Positions 1 through 13,411 of a stretch of DNA of 64,000 bases are shown piece after piece (positions within the stretch are counted from its first letter, which is position 1; each line of letters begins with the position of its first letter). Below the pieces are notes generated by a model, which had not been told where the DNA came from, searched no databases, and worked only from the letters and a program-made list of their open reading frames with translations. Origin of the DNA: Lama glama (lineage: Eukaryota); contig CM052816.1 of the NCBI GenBank assembly GCA_028534125.1, forward strand, positions 40,612,001-40,676,000. Reading direction: 5' to 3'. The translations under genes and the position numbers were made by a program.

Positions 1-83
1 CAAAAACATTTGAGTTATGTCTTCCTACTATGTTCCATAGTTTCTCAAATACATGCAGTAATACTTGGTTTAGATTGTGATCC

Positions 84-291
84 AAGATAGTAGTAGGGGA
101 ATAAGGTACAAACTATTATGTATAAAATAAATAAGCTATGAGGATGTATTGTACAACATGGGAAATATAGATAATATTTTATAATAACTATATATGGAAT
201 ATAAACTTTAAAAATTATGAATCACTATATTGTACACCTGTAACTTGTATAATACTGTATATCAACTATACTTCAATAAAAGTTTAAAAAA
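84..291 (+). mobile_element. Severely 5'-truncated L1 3'UTR with A-tail and TSD
   Basis: L1 3'-end sequence (tgtacacctgtaact...atcaactatacttcaataaa) and an A-rich tail. Flanked by the direct repeat ATTGTGATCC at 74-83 and 292-301. Confidence 0.85.
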
Positions 292-449
292 ATTGTGATC
301 CTTTTAACAAACATAATTTAACAGTTTATGCATTTCAAACTATATGATGGGATAGGGCAAAAAATAAATCTTATGTCTAATCATCAAAAAAATCCTATTA
401 AGTTAGCAGTCAAGTATTTAAAAAATGTGATTAAAAATGATAAAAAAAA

Positions 450-1490
450 AGACATATGTGATACAGGACTGTTATCTAAAATATAAAATGTGAACTCTTA
501 AAACTCAATGAGAAAATAAACAACCCACTTAAAAATGTGCCAGACACCTCACCAATGAAGGTAGATAGCAAAAAAGCATATGAAAAAATGCTTCACATCA
601 AACATCAGGGAGATATAAATGAAAGCAACAGTAAGATACTACTACACACCTATTAGTACGGCACAACTTCAGAACACTGACAACATGAAATGCTGGCAAC
701 AATGTGGAGCAACAGAGCTCTTATTCATCACTGGTGGGAATGCAAAATGATTCGGCCACTTTGAAAGACAGTTTGGAGGTTTCTTACAAAAGTAAATGTA
801 CTTTAAGTATACAACAGTTGCACCCCTTGGTATTTGCCCAAAAGAGTTGAAAACTTATGTTCACATAAAAACCTGCACATGAATATTTATAGCAGCTTTA
901 TTCATAACTGTCAAAATTTGGAAGCAGCCAAGATGTCCTTCAGTAGATGAACAGATAAATAAACTATGACACATCCAAACAATGGAATATTATGCAACAC
1001 TAAAAAGAACTGAGCTATCAAGCTATGAAAACACATGAAGGAAACAAATTCATATTACTAAGTAAAGGGAGCCTATCTGAAAAGGCTCCAACAGCATGAC
1101 ATTCTGGAAAAGGCAAAATTATAGTGTCAGTTAAAAATCAGTGTTTGCCAGGGGTTGTGAGAAGAAGAGGCCAAATATACACAGCACAGAGGATTTTCAG
1201 GGCATTGAAATTACTATGTATATTACAATAATAATGCATATGTGTCACTATACATTTGTCCAAACCCATAGGATGTAAAATACCAAGAGTGACTCTAATG
1301 TAAACTGTGCATTTTGAGTGATTCTGATTTGTCAGTGTAGGTTCATCAATTGTAACAAATGTACCACTCTGGAGGAGGATGTTGATGGAGAAGCCTATGC
1401 ATGTGTGAGAGCAGGAGATGTATGTACCTTCCCCTCAATTTTTCTTTGAATCTAAAACTGATCTCAGAAAATGTCTTAACTAAAAAAAAT
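450..1490 (+). mobile_element. Old L1 (L1MC1/2-like): ORF2 C-terminus plus 3'UTR
   Basis: Decayed ORF2 C-terminal motifs (tggtgggaatgcaaaatg, atagcagctttattcata) and an L1MC-type 3'UTR (aggttcatcaattgtaacaaatgtaccactctgg) ending in an A-run. Confidence 0.8.
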
Positions 1491-1584
1491 AGAGTTCACA
1501 TGAGTACATGGGATAGTTTTTTTTTAAGGTGAATAGATAAAACGAAGATAATTTTAGACACTGAGAAGTGGCATGAAGATTATA

Positions 1585-1745
1585 ATAGGTTAAGTCAAGG
1601 AAAACATCTGTGAGGAGAGAACACCTGAGGTAAAACATGAAGACCAAAGAGAATCCAGCCATACGACTATTGAGGAAGTATCCCTGCAGGCTGGGAAATG
1701 AGGAATTGTAAAGATCCTAGGTGGAATGAGCAGAAATAAGGATTG
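1585..1745 (-). mobile_element. Possible L2 fragment
   Basis: Purine-rich degenerate sequence resembling the reverse strand of L2. Recognised from memory only. Confidence 0.35.
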
Positions 1746-3720
1746 ATGTGCAAAGTGGGAATTCAGGGAGAATCAAGAACAGCATCATAGAGGAGAGAAT
1801 ACTTAAACAAGATCTTTAAGAAGTTCCCTTAAAGAAGGGGTGTGTCCTTCACTTTTGGAAGAACTGTTGCAAACTCATGTGGGTACCTGAAATATTCTGG
1901 GGCAGGAAGCAGACAACAACAGAGAAATATCATTATGTATAAGGGAACTAGAAGGAAAACCGGGCTGCAGAGTGAAATACTGCAAATTCTAGAAATAAGC
2001 CGCCAAATGATTTGAAGAAGGAATTGGTATGAGTAGAACTGTATGCTTTTGAAATGTTAGCCTGGCAGCAGCAGTGGTACATGGGTGGGTGTGTGGAAGG
2101 CAGGATGGAAAAGACGTATAATAGAAGGATATTGAATTCCTCTGTCAGAAGATGATGCGTATCCTTTCCTGGAGCCCTGGCAATAGAAATGAAAGAGAAA
2201 GAACATATTAACTAAGCTTTTAAAGGAAGACTTAATTACACCCGGGTTTGAGAGTTGTCTTGGGCAAAACAGTTCTTGTCTGAGGGCATTTCCTAGACCA
2301 GGCTCCAGCTGTTAGCAGGCAGCAGGCAATACTTCTGGCCAAAAGAGTACCTGGGTCCTGAGGGGAGGGGATCCAGGAGCTTACAGTATCTACTACCTTT
2401 TCTCCTCATTTCAGAATCTGAGTAACACGATGACAGAAGTCTTAGTCTTTTTTTGAGGGGGGGAAGCAGTAATATATCAAACACTAGAACATTCCCATAG
2501 CATATAGCAGTTACTAAGTGTTTGTTAAATGGGGAAGTTCTCCCTGTGGATCTAAAGCAGACAAAGGTATTTATAGGCTTCATTTGCTGGCAGGAGAAAC
2601 TTATCTAGATCACCTTTTCATTGACTGTATAAATTCAAGGGTCCCAGCTTCATGTTAGAGAGTTTAACTCCTTACTGGATTGAACCCTCTTCTCCCATTC
2701 CTTGCCTGGCCATTGGTCTCCAGTGCTTAAAACCCCTGATGTAGGCATTTGTATATATCACCTGATTCCAAAATTAGTACTCTTAATTTCCACAGATAGT
2801 ATTGTGTTCATTTTTCATTTGCATTTATTTTAATTCATCTATTTTTTAAATGTTGAGTATTCATAACAATTTTTGTAGGTTTTGCAAAGTATTTCAATTT
2901 GTTTTAAATTCATTTGTGGTGTGAGGGATTTTTGAGAATATATAATCTGTCTGTAACTTCTGGCTGTTTGTAATGAGGCCCATTGGGCATTTAGCAACTC
3001 TGTTTTGTTCTTCTTTAATTGCCTGGAATTTGAAAATATCACTGTTCTGTGCAGATTTCTCTAGCTCATCCTTTTCCATATTTACGGAAGTCATTTTTTA
3101 AATTTTTATGCAAGTTGTGACATGCACATTACCTCTATCACTGTTTTCTAATTGCCCATTTATTTATTTTCATCCAATAGCACAAAATCAGTAGATTCAA
3201 TTCTTATTTTCATGAACAAATTGACCCTTGCTTCCTGATGGGATCAACTTTGAGTAAAAAGCTGTCAGGTTTTAAAATTGATCCATTCAATTCTGTAACC
3301 AGTTTTCAGACTGCTGTGGAAATGAACATATACAAATCAACACCTTCATGCATCACTCTCCTTGTTGCCTCTCATAATCCCTGCCCTACCACAACACACT
3401 TCTTTCTCCCACTCTGGCCAACATCACAGCCACAACATTAGTGGTTCCTCCTTCATGGCTCAGGCCAAATATCATCCTCTCTGTGCAATATCTCTGTAGA
3501 CCCATGTGATTTGTAACTCATTGTATGACAGTGGTATTCACATTATACTTTTTATTTTATCTATCTCCTCCACTTAGAATAAGAGCCCCTAAAAGGATGC
3601 AAATAGATCTAATTAATTTTTATAAAGAAAACACTTAGCATAGTTGCTTATACATAGTAGGTATTCATGTTGAATATTGAACGACTAACCAATCCCACAT
3701 TTTTCCAGATGCTGTCAATG

Positions 3721-3726
<6 letters not shown>

Positions 3727-3771
<45 letters not shown>

Positions 3772-3789
3772 GTATATACATATATATAT
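3727..3789. repeat. (TA)n microsatellite, interrupted
   Basis: Directly visible. Confidence 0.95.
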
Positions 3790-3799
3790 TTTTTATAAA

Positions 3800-3951
3800 T
3801 ACAGTGCACCCTTTGTAGCCTCTGGTTCCACTTTCACAGATATGAGGGCTGACTGTACTATGTCATTTTATATAAGGAACCTGAGTATCCATGGATTTGG
3901 TATCCGCGGTTTTCTGGAAGCTATCTCCCCCTTAGATACTGAGAGATGACC
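3800..3951 (-). mobile_element. TcMar-Tigger non-autonomous element fragment (MER2-like)
   Basis: cattttatataaggaacctgagtatccatggatttggtatccgcgg...gatactgagagatgac matches the reverse complement of the MER2-type terminus. Confidence 0.7.
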
Positions 3952-3984
3952 ATATCTCATAATTTGACTTTTTGTTTCCTTTCA

Positions 3985-4232
3985 GACGAATGTAACCACA
4001 ATGAATAATGACAGAAGCAGAGATTGCAGTGATACTGCTATTGACTGAAGAATGCCAAGAATCAATGGCTACCACAGAAAGCCAGGAAGAGGCAAGGGTG
4101 AGAGTCTCACATGGCACATGAATCTGCTGACACCTTCATTTTGGATTTTTAGCCTTTAGAACTGTGAGAAAATGAATGTCCAGAGTTTTAAGCCAATAGT
4201 TTGTGGTACTTTGCCAGAGCAGCCCTAGGGGC
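3985..4232 (+). mobile_element. ERVL-MaLR LTR (MLT1-type), 3' part
   Basis: ctgctgacaccttcattttggatttttagcctttagaactgtgagaaaatgaat...ttttaagcca...tttgtggtactttg...gcagccctagg is the typical MLT1 3' end. Confidence 0.8.
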
Positions 4233-4392
4233 ATATATTTAGTCTATACAGTCAAACAGAAACTAGGTAAATCTGTCATACAAATATCTGTATTTTGGGA
4301 AACAGATATATCATGATATGTTTCTTTAAAGAAAGCTTTCTTTGGTAAACAAGCCTGGGAAATGGTGCATATTATACGTCCCTTTTGTAGAT

Positions 4393-4730
4393 TATGATGG
4401 TTAATTTTATGTGTCAATTTGACTGGGCCATGGGTGCTCAGATATTTGGCTGAACATTATTCTGGATGTTTCTGTGAGGGGATTTTTGGATGAGATTAAT
4501 TGAGATTAACATTTTAATTGGTAGAATAAAGAAGACTGCCTTTCGCAACGTGAGCAGGCCTTATCCAATCAGTGGAAAGCCTGAATAGAACAAATAGGAT
4601 GAGCCTTCCTCTAGTAAATCTTCAGACTTGGCCTACGCCATCAGCTCTCCTGGATCCCAAGCCTGCTGGGCCACACCGCAGATATGAATTTGTCAGTCTC
4701 CATAATTGGTGAGTCCAATTCCTTGACTGA
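4393..4730 (+). mobile_element. ERVL LTR (MLT2-type), internally deleted
   Basis: Begins tgatggttaattttatgtgtcaatttgactgggcc...cagatatttggctgaacattattctggatgtttctgtgagg, the characteristic MLT2 5' end. Confidence 0.85.
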
Positions 4731-7700
4731 AAGAGAGGTGTAAGCTTATTTTCATATATTGACTGTAAACAGTTCTATAGTAAAGCCACTTAGATGGCTT
4801 TGTTTAACCACCTTTTTTGAAATTTGATTACTAAAAGGTTTATTTACTGAATTCCTATAGAATCACATCCAAATGGTTTGTACTTGGGAAATGCATATTT
4901 ATACATACACACACACATATATATTATATATGATATATATATGTTTAAAACATGTAAGAGTATAGCTGCAGGGAATTTTTAAAGCAGTATTATATGACCA
5001 GTAACCTTAATATTATTGGTGACACATGTAGCTGGTCAGTTGCTACTCAAAAGCCACAATTGCTTGAGAGTACCTAATATTATGGGTCTTCAAGTGACAA
5101 GATTTCTGTAGGTCCTGATCACTCCTTGCTACACTGATCTATCCTTTCTGACCAACAGACCGAAGTATAATTTCAATTGATTATGTGAGAGATTAGGAAT
5201 CATGTCCTCCAAAGAACAATCGCAAGAAACCAACAAGTCTAATTTAATGGAAGTAATAGCTACACATGCTTTTTGGTTATTTTAGCATAATTAACAGTTG
5301 GAAATGTTTGATCAAAATAAATATTTATATACAAAGTTATTATATGAATGCAAATGACATGAAAAGCACCATGTACTACTCATAAAAATGGTCATGCTAA
5401 GTAGTATGCAGAAAATGATTGGATTTTAGTGGTTCCACAAAAACACATTCAGTTGATGGAAATGGGAATTTTGTAGCAATGATCAAATTGAATAGGTTCT
5501 GTATGCTGTCTTTTGAAGCATGAAACTCATTCGTAATTGTTATGTTGTTAACTGGCTTTTTATTGATTTACTACTTCTGTCAGGTTATTTCTGTATTTAC
5601 TCGAGATTGACTTGTACTACATTTTTATGAACAGACTTAGTAATGCACCATAAAAAATACATTTACACAGTCTTATAGGATTAACTATTGTGCTTCCTTG
5701 AGAAAACTTTCCTCTTTTTTTTACAAGGAGTTGATATTATTTTTTGTAATTTGCTTTGATTATTCACTGTAAGTGCATGACTTTCTTTGGGGAAATTTCT
5801 GGGTTGATTTATTTCTGCATTGGGTATATCACTTTCTACTATCACATTCATCCTTTTGATTCAAGAGCTTAGTGGGCAGTGTAGATATTCCGACCTAGGA
5901 ACAACATCTATGAAGTGGTCTGCATTACAAAATCAATCAAGAGGCCAACAAATCACTTCAACAGTTTTCATCTTCAAAAAGGCTGTGTGTATAAATCATG
6001 AAAAGGTAGTAAGTTTATGCACTTGAGAGACTGGTAGGGATTAAAAAGCACATCAGAGGAAAGAGGGATGCCATCCAGCTGAGCTAATAAGTTCTTCAGA
6101 AAAATTAAAGGGAGAGACTTGAAGGTATGAATAAATTATATCATTAAAATTTGGTCCTGTGCCCTGTTCCCTCCATTTTTTATAGTAAAATTTGCATTGG
6201 ATGATTAGTTTTAATTTTGTTGATTTTCAGCAGTGTATTCCTAAATGTCCAAATGGATAGACTTATTTTCTAAATTAGTTATTTTTCAGTGGCTAAAATT
6301 GATTAATATTGGGTACTTTTGTGGTCTTCATTGTTGTAAATATTAAGTTAATGACTTTGAATCTGTACTTTCTAATGTCCAAGTCACTGCTCATTGGAGG
6401 ATTAAATGACTAGACAGAGTATCTTTAAATATTAAGTACAGTGCAAGAAAGGAAATATTCAGTGAGCTATAGATGACCTGCCATTGTTATTACTTCAAGG
6501 TAATATTCAGTATTCAAACATTCAAGTTTTACTGTATGTGACACACAATTTTGTGTTTACTAAGAAATTGCAAAGGGACAATGTTCTTTTTTTATTAAAC
6601 GTGCAAATATTTTTAGGTAACTTTTCAGAAATTTTAGTGGTTGTTTAGTATCATCAAAAAGTATTTTAAGAGTTTATTATTACCAGTGAGAATATTGCAG
6701 GAAGTTTTCTTCTCCATCGAATGTTAGGTAGCTAAAGGAAAAGGTCTAGCCAGGGGAAAAAAATGCTCCTTTTCAGTTGTAATGGTTAAATAGAAATATC
6801 TAGGTTTGTTGTACTTTTTACAAAGTGAGATATGAAAGCTTAAGAAACTGAAGGGATAAAGATAAAATAATTTTTGTTTAGATAATGATAATTTGTCTAA
6901 AGGTATTCATGTATTGAATTTAAATTATAAGACAATGTGGTAAGAATCAATACAGGAGTGAAGTCAGCAGAATGGCAGGTGAGAAGCTCCCTTTGTCTCT
7001 CCCCTTTGATGTACAATCAGTAAAGCATCTACAGCTCAACAGAGGTGCCTCTGCCCAGTGCACCAGGACACTGGAGAATTCCATACATCTGTACATCTAA
7101 AGGTGGATAACACAGAGGAGGTGGAACCAGAGGGAACAGCAGAGACAATGCCTGCAATCACAGCCCTCTGGCCATGGGAATGGAGCCCGCAGCCCCAGAG
7201 AAGTGGTAGCAGCAGGGAAGGTGGCACACATGACTCCAGCCTCCTTGATATGGTGGTGCTGCCAGCCATAGGTCACTGGACAATAGTGGTAGTAGGGCCT
7301 GTGATCCCATCCCTCCAGCTACTGAAGTGCCCATGACTCTGACTTCTCACCACCACCCCCATACTGGCAGAGCCTGTGAACCTTACAAATGCCAGGCATG
7401 GCAGAGGGACCCTGGTAATTCCAGCTCCCCCACCCCTCTATGGTGGTATAGCCTGTGACTCAGGATCTCAGACACAGTGGAAGAGCCCAATGTCCTAGTA
7501 CCTCAGGCAGTGGTGCCAGGCAGCAGCAAGGCACCAACACCACTGAAGGCACAAGAAGCTATAATGTGAGTAGACACAGGGCAACACCTCTGATAGAGAT
7601 GGTGGAAGGTGGAATGTGCTGAATCTCATGCATCACCAGAGGCAGCTCAGGTAAGAGAAACCAAAAACTTCTGCTATAGCACCACCTACTGGAAACAGAA

Positions 7701-7789
7701 GAAAGACCTCTAATTTCTAACCTGTTGAATCATTAGAATCAAGTAGAAGGACGTTGATTGCTACTTCAAATAGGCCAGCAGAGGAACAA

Positions 7790-8735
7790 CTTATCAAGCA
7801 CCGTGAAGAATCAAAGTAGCACTCTACCACAAAAGGAAAATGATACTTCTCCAGAAACAAAACCTAAAGTCATGGAATATTGTGATCTGACTGATAGAGA
7901 ACTCAAAATAAGTGTCATATAGGAACTCAGTGAGCCACAAGAACACTTAGGCAGTTCAGTGAGCTCAGGTATAAGGTTAAAGAACAGAAGAAATAGTTTA
8001 CTGAAAAGAATGAAACTCTAAAAAAGAACCAAATTCTGGAGCTGAAAAACACAGTAAATGAGATGAAGAAGGCATTAGAAAGCACTGGAAATAGAACAGA
8101 CCATGTGGAAAAAAGAATTAGTGAGATCAATGATAGAAATCGAGAAATGATACAAGTAGAAGCAGAAAGAGAAATAAAAATATTGAGGAAGTTCTTTAAG
8201 AACTATCTGACACTTTAAGGAAGGACAACATTAGGGTAAAGCATATCCCAGAAGGAGAGGAGAGGAAGAAGATAAGCAGAGAGTTTATTTAAAGAAATAA
8301 TAGTTGAGAACTTACCACACTGGAGAAGGAACTGGATACACAAGTCCATGAAGCTAAGAGAACACATAATAACCTCAATGCAAAAAAAGCTTCTCAAAGG
8401 CACATTATATTAAAATTGTCAAAAGTCAATGGAAAAGAAAGAATTTTAAAGGCATCCAGGGGAAAAGGATGGTAACATACAGAGGAACCTCCATTAGGCT
8501 ATAAGCAGATTTCTCAGCAGAAACTCTACAGGCCAGGAAAGAGTGGAGTGACATTCTCAAAATACTGAAAGGTAAAAACTGTCACCCAATATTACTCTAT
8601 CCAGAAAAATTGTCATTCAGATATGAAGGAGCAATAAAGACTCCTCTAGGCAAACAAAAGCTGAGGGAGTTCATCAGCACTAGACTTGCTTTGTAAGAAC
8701 TGTTGAAAGAAACTCTTCTACCAGAAACAAAAAGG
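7790..8735 (+). pseudogene. L1 ORF1p remnant (coiled-coil/RRM/CTD), disrupted
   Basis: ORF1-like peptides such as DLTDRELKI and IRL*ADFSAETLQARKEWSDI, with several stops and frameshifts. Confidence 0.8.
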
Positions 8736-9183
8736 AAAAAGTACACAAAACTTTGTATAAGATGATAATAGAAGGATAGAATCAGAAAATTTCAACTTTT
8801 TATCAGAACAGGGTTTTAAACATTATAGCATTAAGTTTAAAGGAAGAAAAGGAAAAAAATAATTATAGCTATTTCAATTTGGTAACAAATTCACAACATT
8901 AAAAGGGATAATTTGAGACAACAAAAACACAAAGGGGAAGAGGAAGGATGGAACCTGTACAGCTAATAAAGATAAGACACTATTCACTATTTACTATTAT
9001 ACAAACCTCAATGTAACCCCAAGTCATAAATCTATAGCAGAGATGCAAAACATGAAAAAGAGGAGACTGGTACATGGAAAGAGGAGATAAAACATGATAG
9101 AAAATCACCAAACCAAAATGGGAGACAGAAACAAGGAGAAAGAAACAATGGAGATACAGGACTACCAGAAAACAAAAGATAAA

Positions 9184-12100
9184 ATGGCAGTACTAAGTCC
9201 TCATCTATCAATAATTACCTTAGATGTAAATGGATTGAATTTACAAATCAAAAGACACAGAGTAGCTGGGTGCATTAAAAAGCAATTCCAAACTATATGT
9301 TGCCTCCAGGAGATTCAGCTATAGAGACAAACATAGGCTCAAAGTAAAGGAGTTAAAGATGGTACTCCTCCCAGTGGCAGCCAAAAGAAGAGGGTATAGC
9401 CATATCAGACAAAATAGACTTCAAACCAAAAGAGATAAGAGGAGACAAAGATGGAGAGTATATAATGATAAGGGGGGCAATTCATCAAGAAGATATAACA
9501 GTTATTAATAAATATGCCTCTACCATGGAAGCACCAAAATGTATAAAACTATTATTACCAGACCAAATTGACAGCAACAAAATAATAGAAGGGGACTTTG
9601 ACACAGCACTTATATCAATGGATAGATCATCCAGACTGAAAATGAGCAAGGAAACAGCAGCCTTAAATGAAACATTAGACTAGACGGATTTGATAGAGTT
9701 GTACAAAACATTTGATCCAAATAAAGCAAAATACACATTTTTCAAGTGCACATGGAACTTTATTAAGGATAGACCAGATGTTAAGACACAAAACAAGTCT
9801 CAGTAAATTTAAGACTAGAATTATATCAAGCATCTTTTTCAATCACAATGGTATGAAACTAGAAATCAAATACAAGAAAAAGCTGGAAAAAATCATAAAT
9901 ATGTGGAGACTGAACAACATGCTACTGAACAGCTATTAGGTCAATGAAGAAAATCAAAGGAGAAATAAAAAATTACCTGAAGACAAATGAAAGTATGACA
10001 TAACAAAATCTATGGGATGCAGCAAAAGGGGTACTAAGACTGAAGTTTATAGCGATATAGGCCTACCTCAAGAAACAAGAAAAATCTCAAACAATCTAAC
10101 ATTACACCTAAAGGAACTAGAAAACAATGAATAAATGAAGCACAAAGTCAGTAGAAGGAAAGAAAGAAACAATATGAGAACAGAAATAAATGAATTAAGA
10201 CTAAAAAGACCATAGAAGATATTAATGAAACTAAGACATAGTTCTTTGAAAAGATAAGCAAAATTGACAAACCTATAGGTAGACTCACTAAGAAAAAAAA
10301 TGGGAGAAGGTGCTGCTGAATCAAATCAGAAATGAAACAGGAGAAATAACTATGGATACTGCAGAAATAAAAGGATTATAACAGAATACTATGAGCAGCT
10401 ATACACCAGTGAATTGGACAACTTAAAATAAATGGACAAATTCTTAGATTTTTACAACATTCCAGGACAGATTCAGGAAGAAATAGATCTGAATAGGATG
10501 ATCACTAGTTTGTCAATTGAAACAGTAATTGAAAGATTCTCCAAAATCAAAAGTCCAGGACTAGATGGCTGCACAGGTGAATTCTACTGAGCATTAAAAT
10601 ATTGAATACATTTCCTTCTCAAACCATTCCAAAATATTGAAGAGAAGGGAATACTTCCTAACTCATTTTAAGAGGTCAGCATCACCCTGTACCAAAACCA
10701 GGTAAAGACAAAACACAAAAAAGAAAATTTCAAGCCAATAACTTTGATGAACAAAGATGCAAATGTCCTCAACAAAATCAAATACAACAATACATTAAAA
10801 GGATCATACACTATGATTAAGAAGGATTTATTCCAGGGAGTCAAGGATGGTTCAGATCTGCAAATCAATCAATATTGTACACTATATTAATAAAATGAAG
10901 AATAAGAATCACATGACCATCTCAATAGATGCAGAAAAAGCATCTGACAAGACTCAACACCCATTTATAATTAAGAAAACTCATGATAAAATGTGTATCT
11001 CATCATAATGAAGGCAATATATGACAAACCCACAGCTAACATTGTAGTCAAAGATGAAAAACTGAAAACTAGCCCTGTAAAGTCAGGAACAAGGCAAGGA
11101 TACTCTCAGCAGTCTTAACAGTATTGGAAGTCCTAGCCAGAGCATTTAGGCAAGAAAAAGAAATAAAGTATATCCAAATTGGAAAGGAAGAAATAAAACT
11201 GTCACTATTTGTTGATAACACGATTTTATATATAAAGAAATCAAAAATTGTACCAAAAAGTATAGAAATAATAAAATACATAAAGTTGCAAGATACAAAA
11301 TCAACATACAAAAATCTGTTGAATTTCTATATATTAACAGTGAGCTAGCAGAAAGAGAAATTCAAAAAAATAATCTTATTTATAACTGCAGCAAAATGAA
11401 TAAAATACCTAGGAATAAACTTAACTAAGGAGGTGAAAGACTTTTACACTGAACACAATAAGACATTATTGAAACAAACTGAAGAAGACACAAATAAATG
11501 GAAATACACACCAGGTACATGGATTGGAAGAATTAACATTGTTAAAATGTCATTTTATCTAAGGCAATTTACAGATTCAGTGCAATTCCCATCAAAATCC
11601 CAATAACACTTTTCTCAGAATGTAATAAAAAAAACGTAAAATTTATATGAAACCAGAAATGACCCCAAATAGCCAAAGCAATCTTGAGGAAAAAAAAAAA
11701 AATCTAAAAGTGTCACACTCCCTGATATCACTCTATATTACAAAGCCATAGTAATCAAAACAGCATAGTATTGACAGAGAAACAGATACATAGATAAATG
11801 GAACAGAATTGGTATCCCAGAAATAAACCCACAGTATACAGACAACTAATGTATGACTAAGGAGCAGAGAATATATTGATGAAACTCACCAATAAATGGT
11901 ATTTGTAAAACTGGACAGCCATATGTAAAAAGATGAAACTAGATCACTATCTCACATCATACAAAAAAATCAACTTGAAGTGGATTAAAGTCTTGAATGT
12001 GAGACCTAACAGCATACAACTTCTAAAAGAAAACATGGGCAGTATGCTCTTTGACAGTAGTCTTAGGAATATCTTTGTAGATATGTCTGCTCAGGCAAGG

Positions 12101-12870
12101 GAAACAAAAGCAAAAAATAAACAAATGAGACTGTATTAAATTAAAAGACATAGCAAAGGAAACCGTCAACAAAGTGAAAAAAGAACATATTACATGGGAG
12201 AAGATATTTGCAAATGATGTATCAGATAAGGGGTTAATATCCAAAATATATAAGAACTCATACAACTCAACAACAATGACAACAACAACAACAAAATTCA
12301 GTTAAAAAATGGGCAGAGGAACTGAGTAAACATTTCACCAAAGAAGACATACAAATGGCCAATAGGCACTTGAAAAAATGCTTGACATCACTAATTATTA
12401 AGGAAATGCTAATAAAAACCACAATGAGATATCACCTCATGCCTGTTAGGGTGACTGTTATCAAAAAAGATAAGAAATAACAAGTGTTGGTGAGGATGTA
12501 GAGAAAAGGAAACCTACATGAACTGTGGGTGGGAATCTAAATTGATGCAGCCACTAAGGAAAATAGTATGGAGCTTCTTCAAAAAATTAAGAGTAGAACT
12601 ACTATATGATCTAGCTATCCCACTTCTGGGTTTTTATATAAAGAATACAGAGCATTAATTTGAAAATATATATGCACCCCTATGTTTATCACAGCATTAT
12701 TTGTAATAATCAAGCTATGGAAACAACCTAAGTGCCTGTCAATGATAGCACTCATCATTGATGAATGAATAAAGAAGATGTGGTATATGTGTACATTGGA
12801 AGACTACTCAGTGATGTAAAGAAAAAAGATGAAACCTTACCATTCATGACAACATGGATAGACCTTGAGA
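9184..12870 (+). pseudogene. L1 ORF2p remnant (endonuclease, reverse transcriptase, C-terminal domain), disrupted
   Basis: ATG at 9184 gives MAVLSPHLSIITLDVNGLNLQIKRHR (EN N-terminus). Also present: EGDFDT, FSSAHGT..RID, and the RT segment [13 protein letters not shown], where the catalytic FADD has decayed to FVDN. Many stops and frameshifts. Confidence 0.92.
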
Positions 12871-13207
12871 GTATTATGGTAAATGAAATAAATCAGAAAG
12901 TCAAATACTATATGATTTCACTCATATGTGGAATATAAAAAACAAATAAAAAGTTTAAAAAATAAATGAACAAACCAAACCAAACATGTGGATACAGAGA
13001 ACACAGTAGTAGTTACCAGAGTGGAAGGGGAAGAGGGGAGAACAAAATAGGTAAAGGGAATCACTTGCATGGTGTCCAGTGGAAATTAAATTTTTGGTGA
13101 TGAGCACACTGTAGTGTATATAGACATATATACTATTGTACATACTAAACTTATATAATGTTATAAAAACCTTTATTATCTCAATAAAAAATAAAAAAGA
13201 ACAGTAG

Positions 13208-13352
13208 GACATTCCCCCTAGCAGTGTATGAAGATTCCAGTTTCTCTACATCTCTGTCAACACTTGTTATTGTCTGCCTTTCAGCCCTTAAGGCTGTAGC
13301 CCTTTTAGATTAGACTCATCCAAGTGGGTGTGAAGTGGTACCTAATTGTAAT
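13208..13352 (-). mobile_element. Old L1 ORF2 C-terminal fragment
   Basis: acattccc..gcagtgtatgaagattccagtttctctacatc..caacacttgttattgtc...gtgaagtggtacct matches antisense L1. Confidence 0.75.
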
Positions 13353-13411
13353 TTCTATTTGCATTTCTTTATCTGGTTGAGGAAGCTCCCTTTCTCTCCT
13401 AGCTTTTGGGT

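Larger units (their letters stand above)
6953..13196 (+). mobile_element. Full-length decayed LINE-1 (about 6.2 kb; 5'UTR, ORF1, inter-ORF, ORF2, 3'UTR, A-tail)
   Basis: GC-richer 5'UTR at about 6955-7780. ORF1 and ORF2 remnants are in the correct order, with AATAAA at 13183 and an A-tail. Degenerate candidate TSD AAGAATCAATA (6942-6952) / AAGAACAGTA (13197-13206). Confidence 0.95.

Noticed and set aside
2839..3340. Minus-strand protein-like frames (MTSVNMEKDELEKSAQ...) as a decayed exon or transposase
   Set aside because: The frame is interrupted by stops immediately upstream and I recognise no domain. A TBLASTX/Dfam search would be needed to revive it.
7036..12265. Many 60-90 aa ORFs on both strands as host genes
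   Set aside because: All lie within the full-length L1 and are broken ORF2 pieces, UTR frames or antisense shadows.
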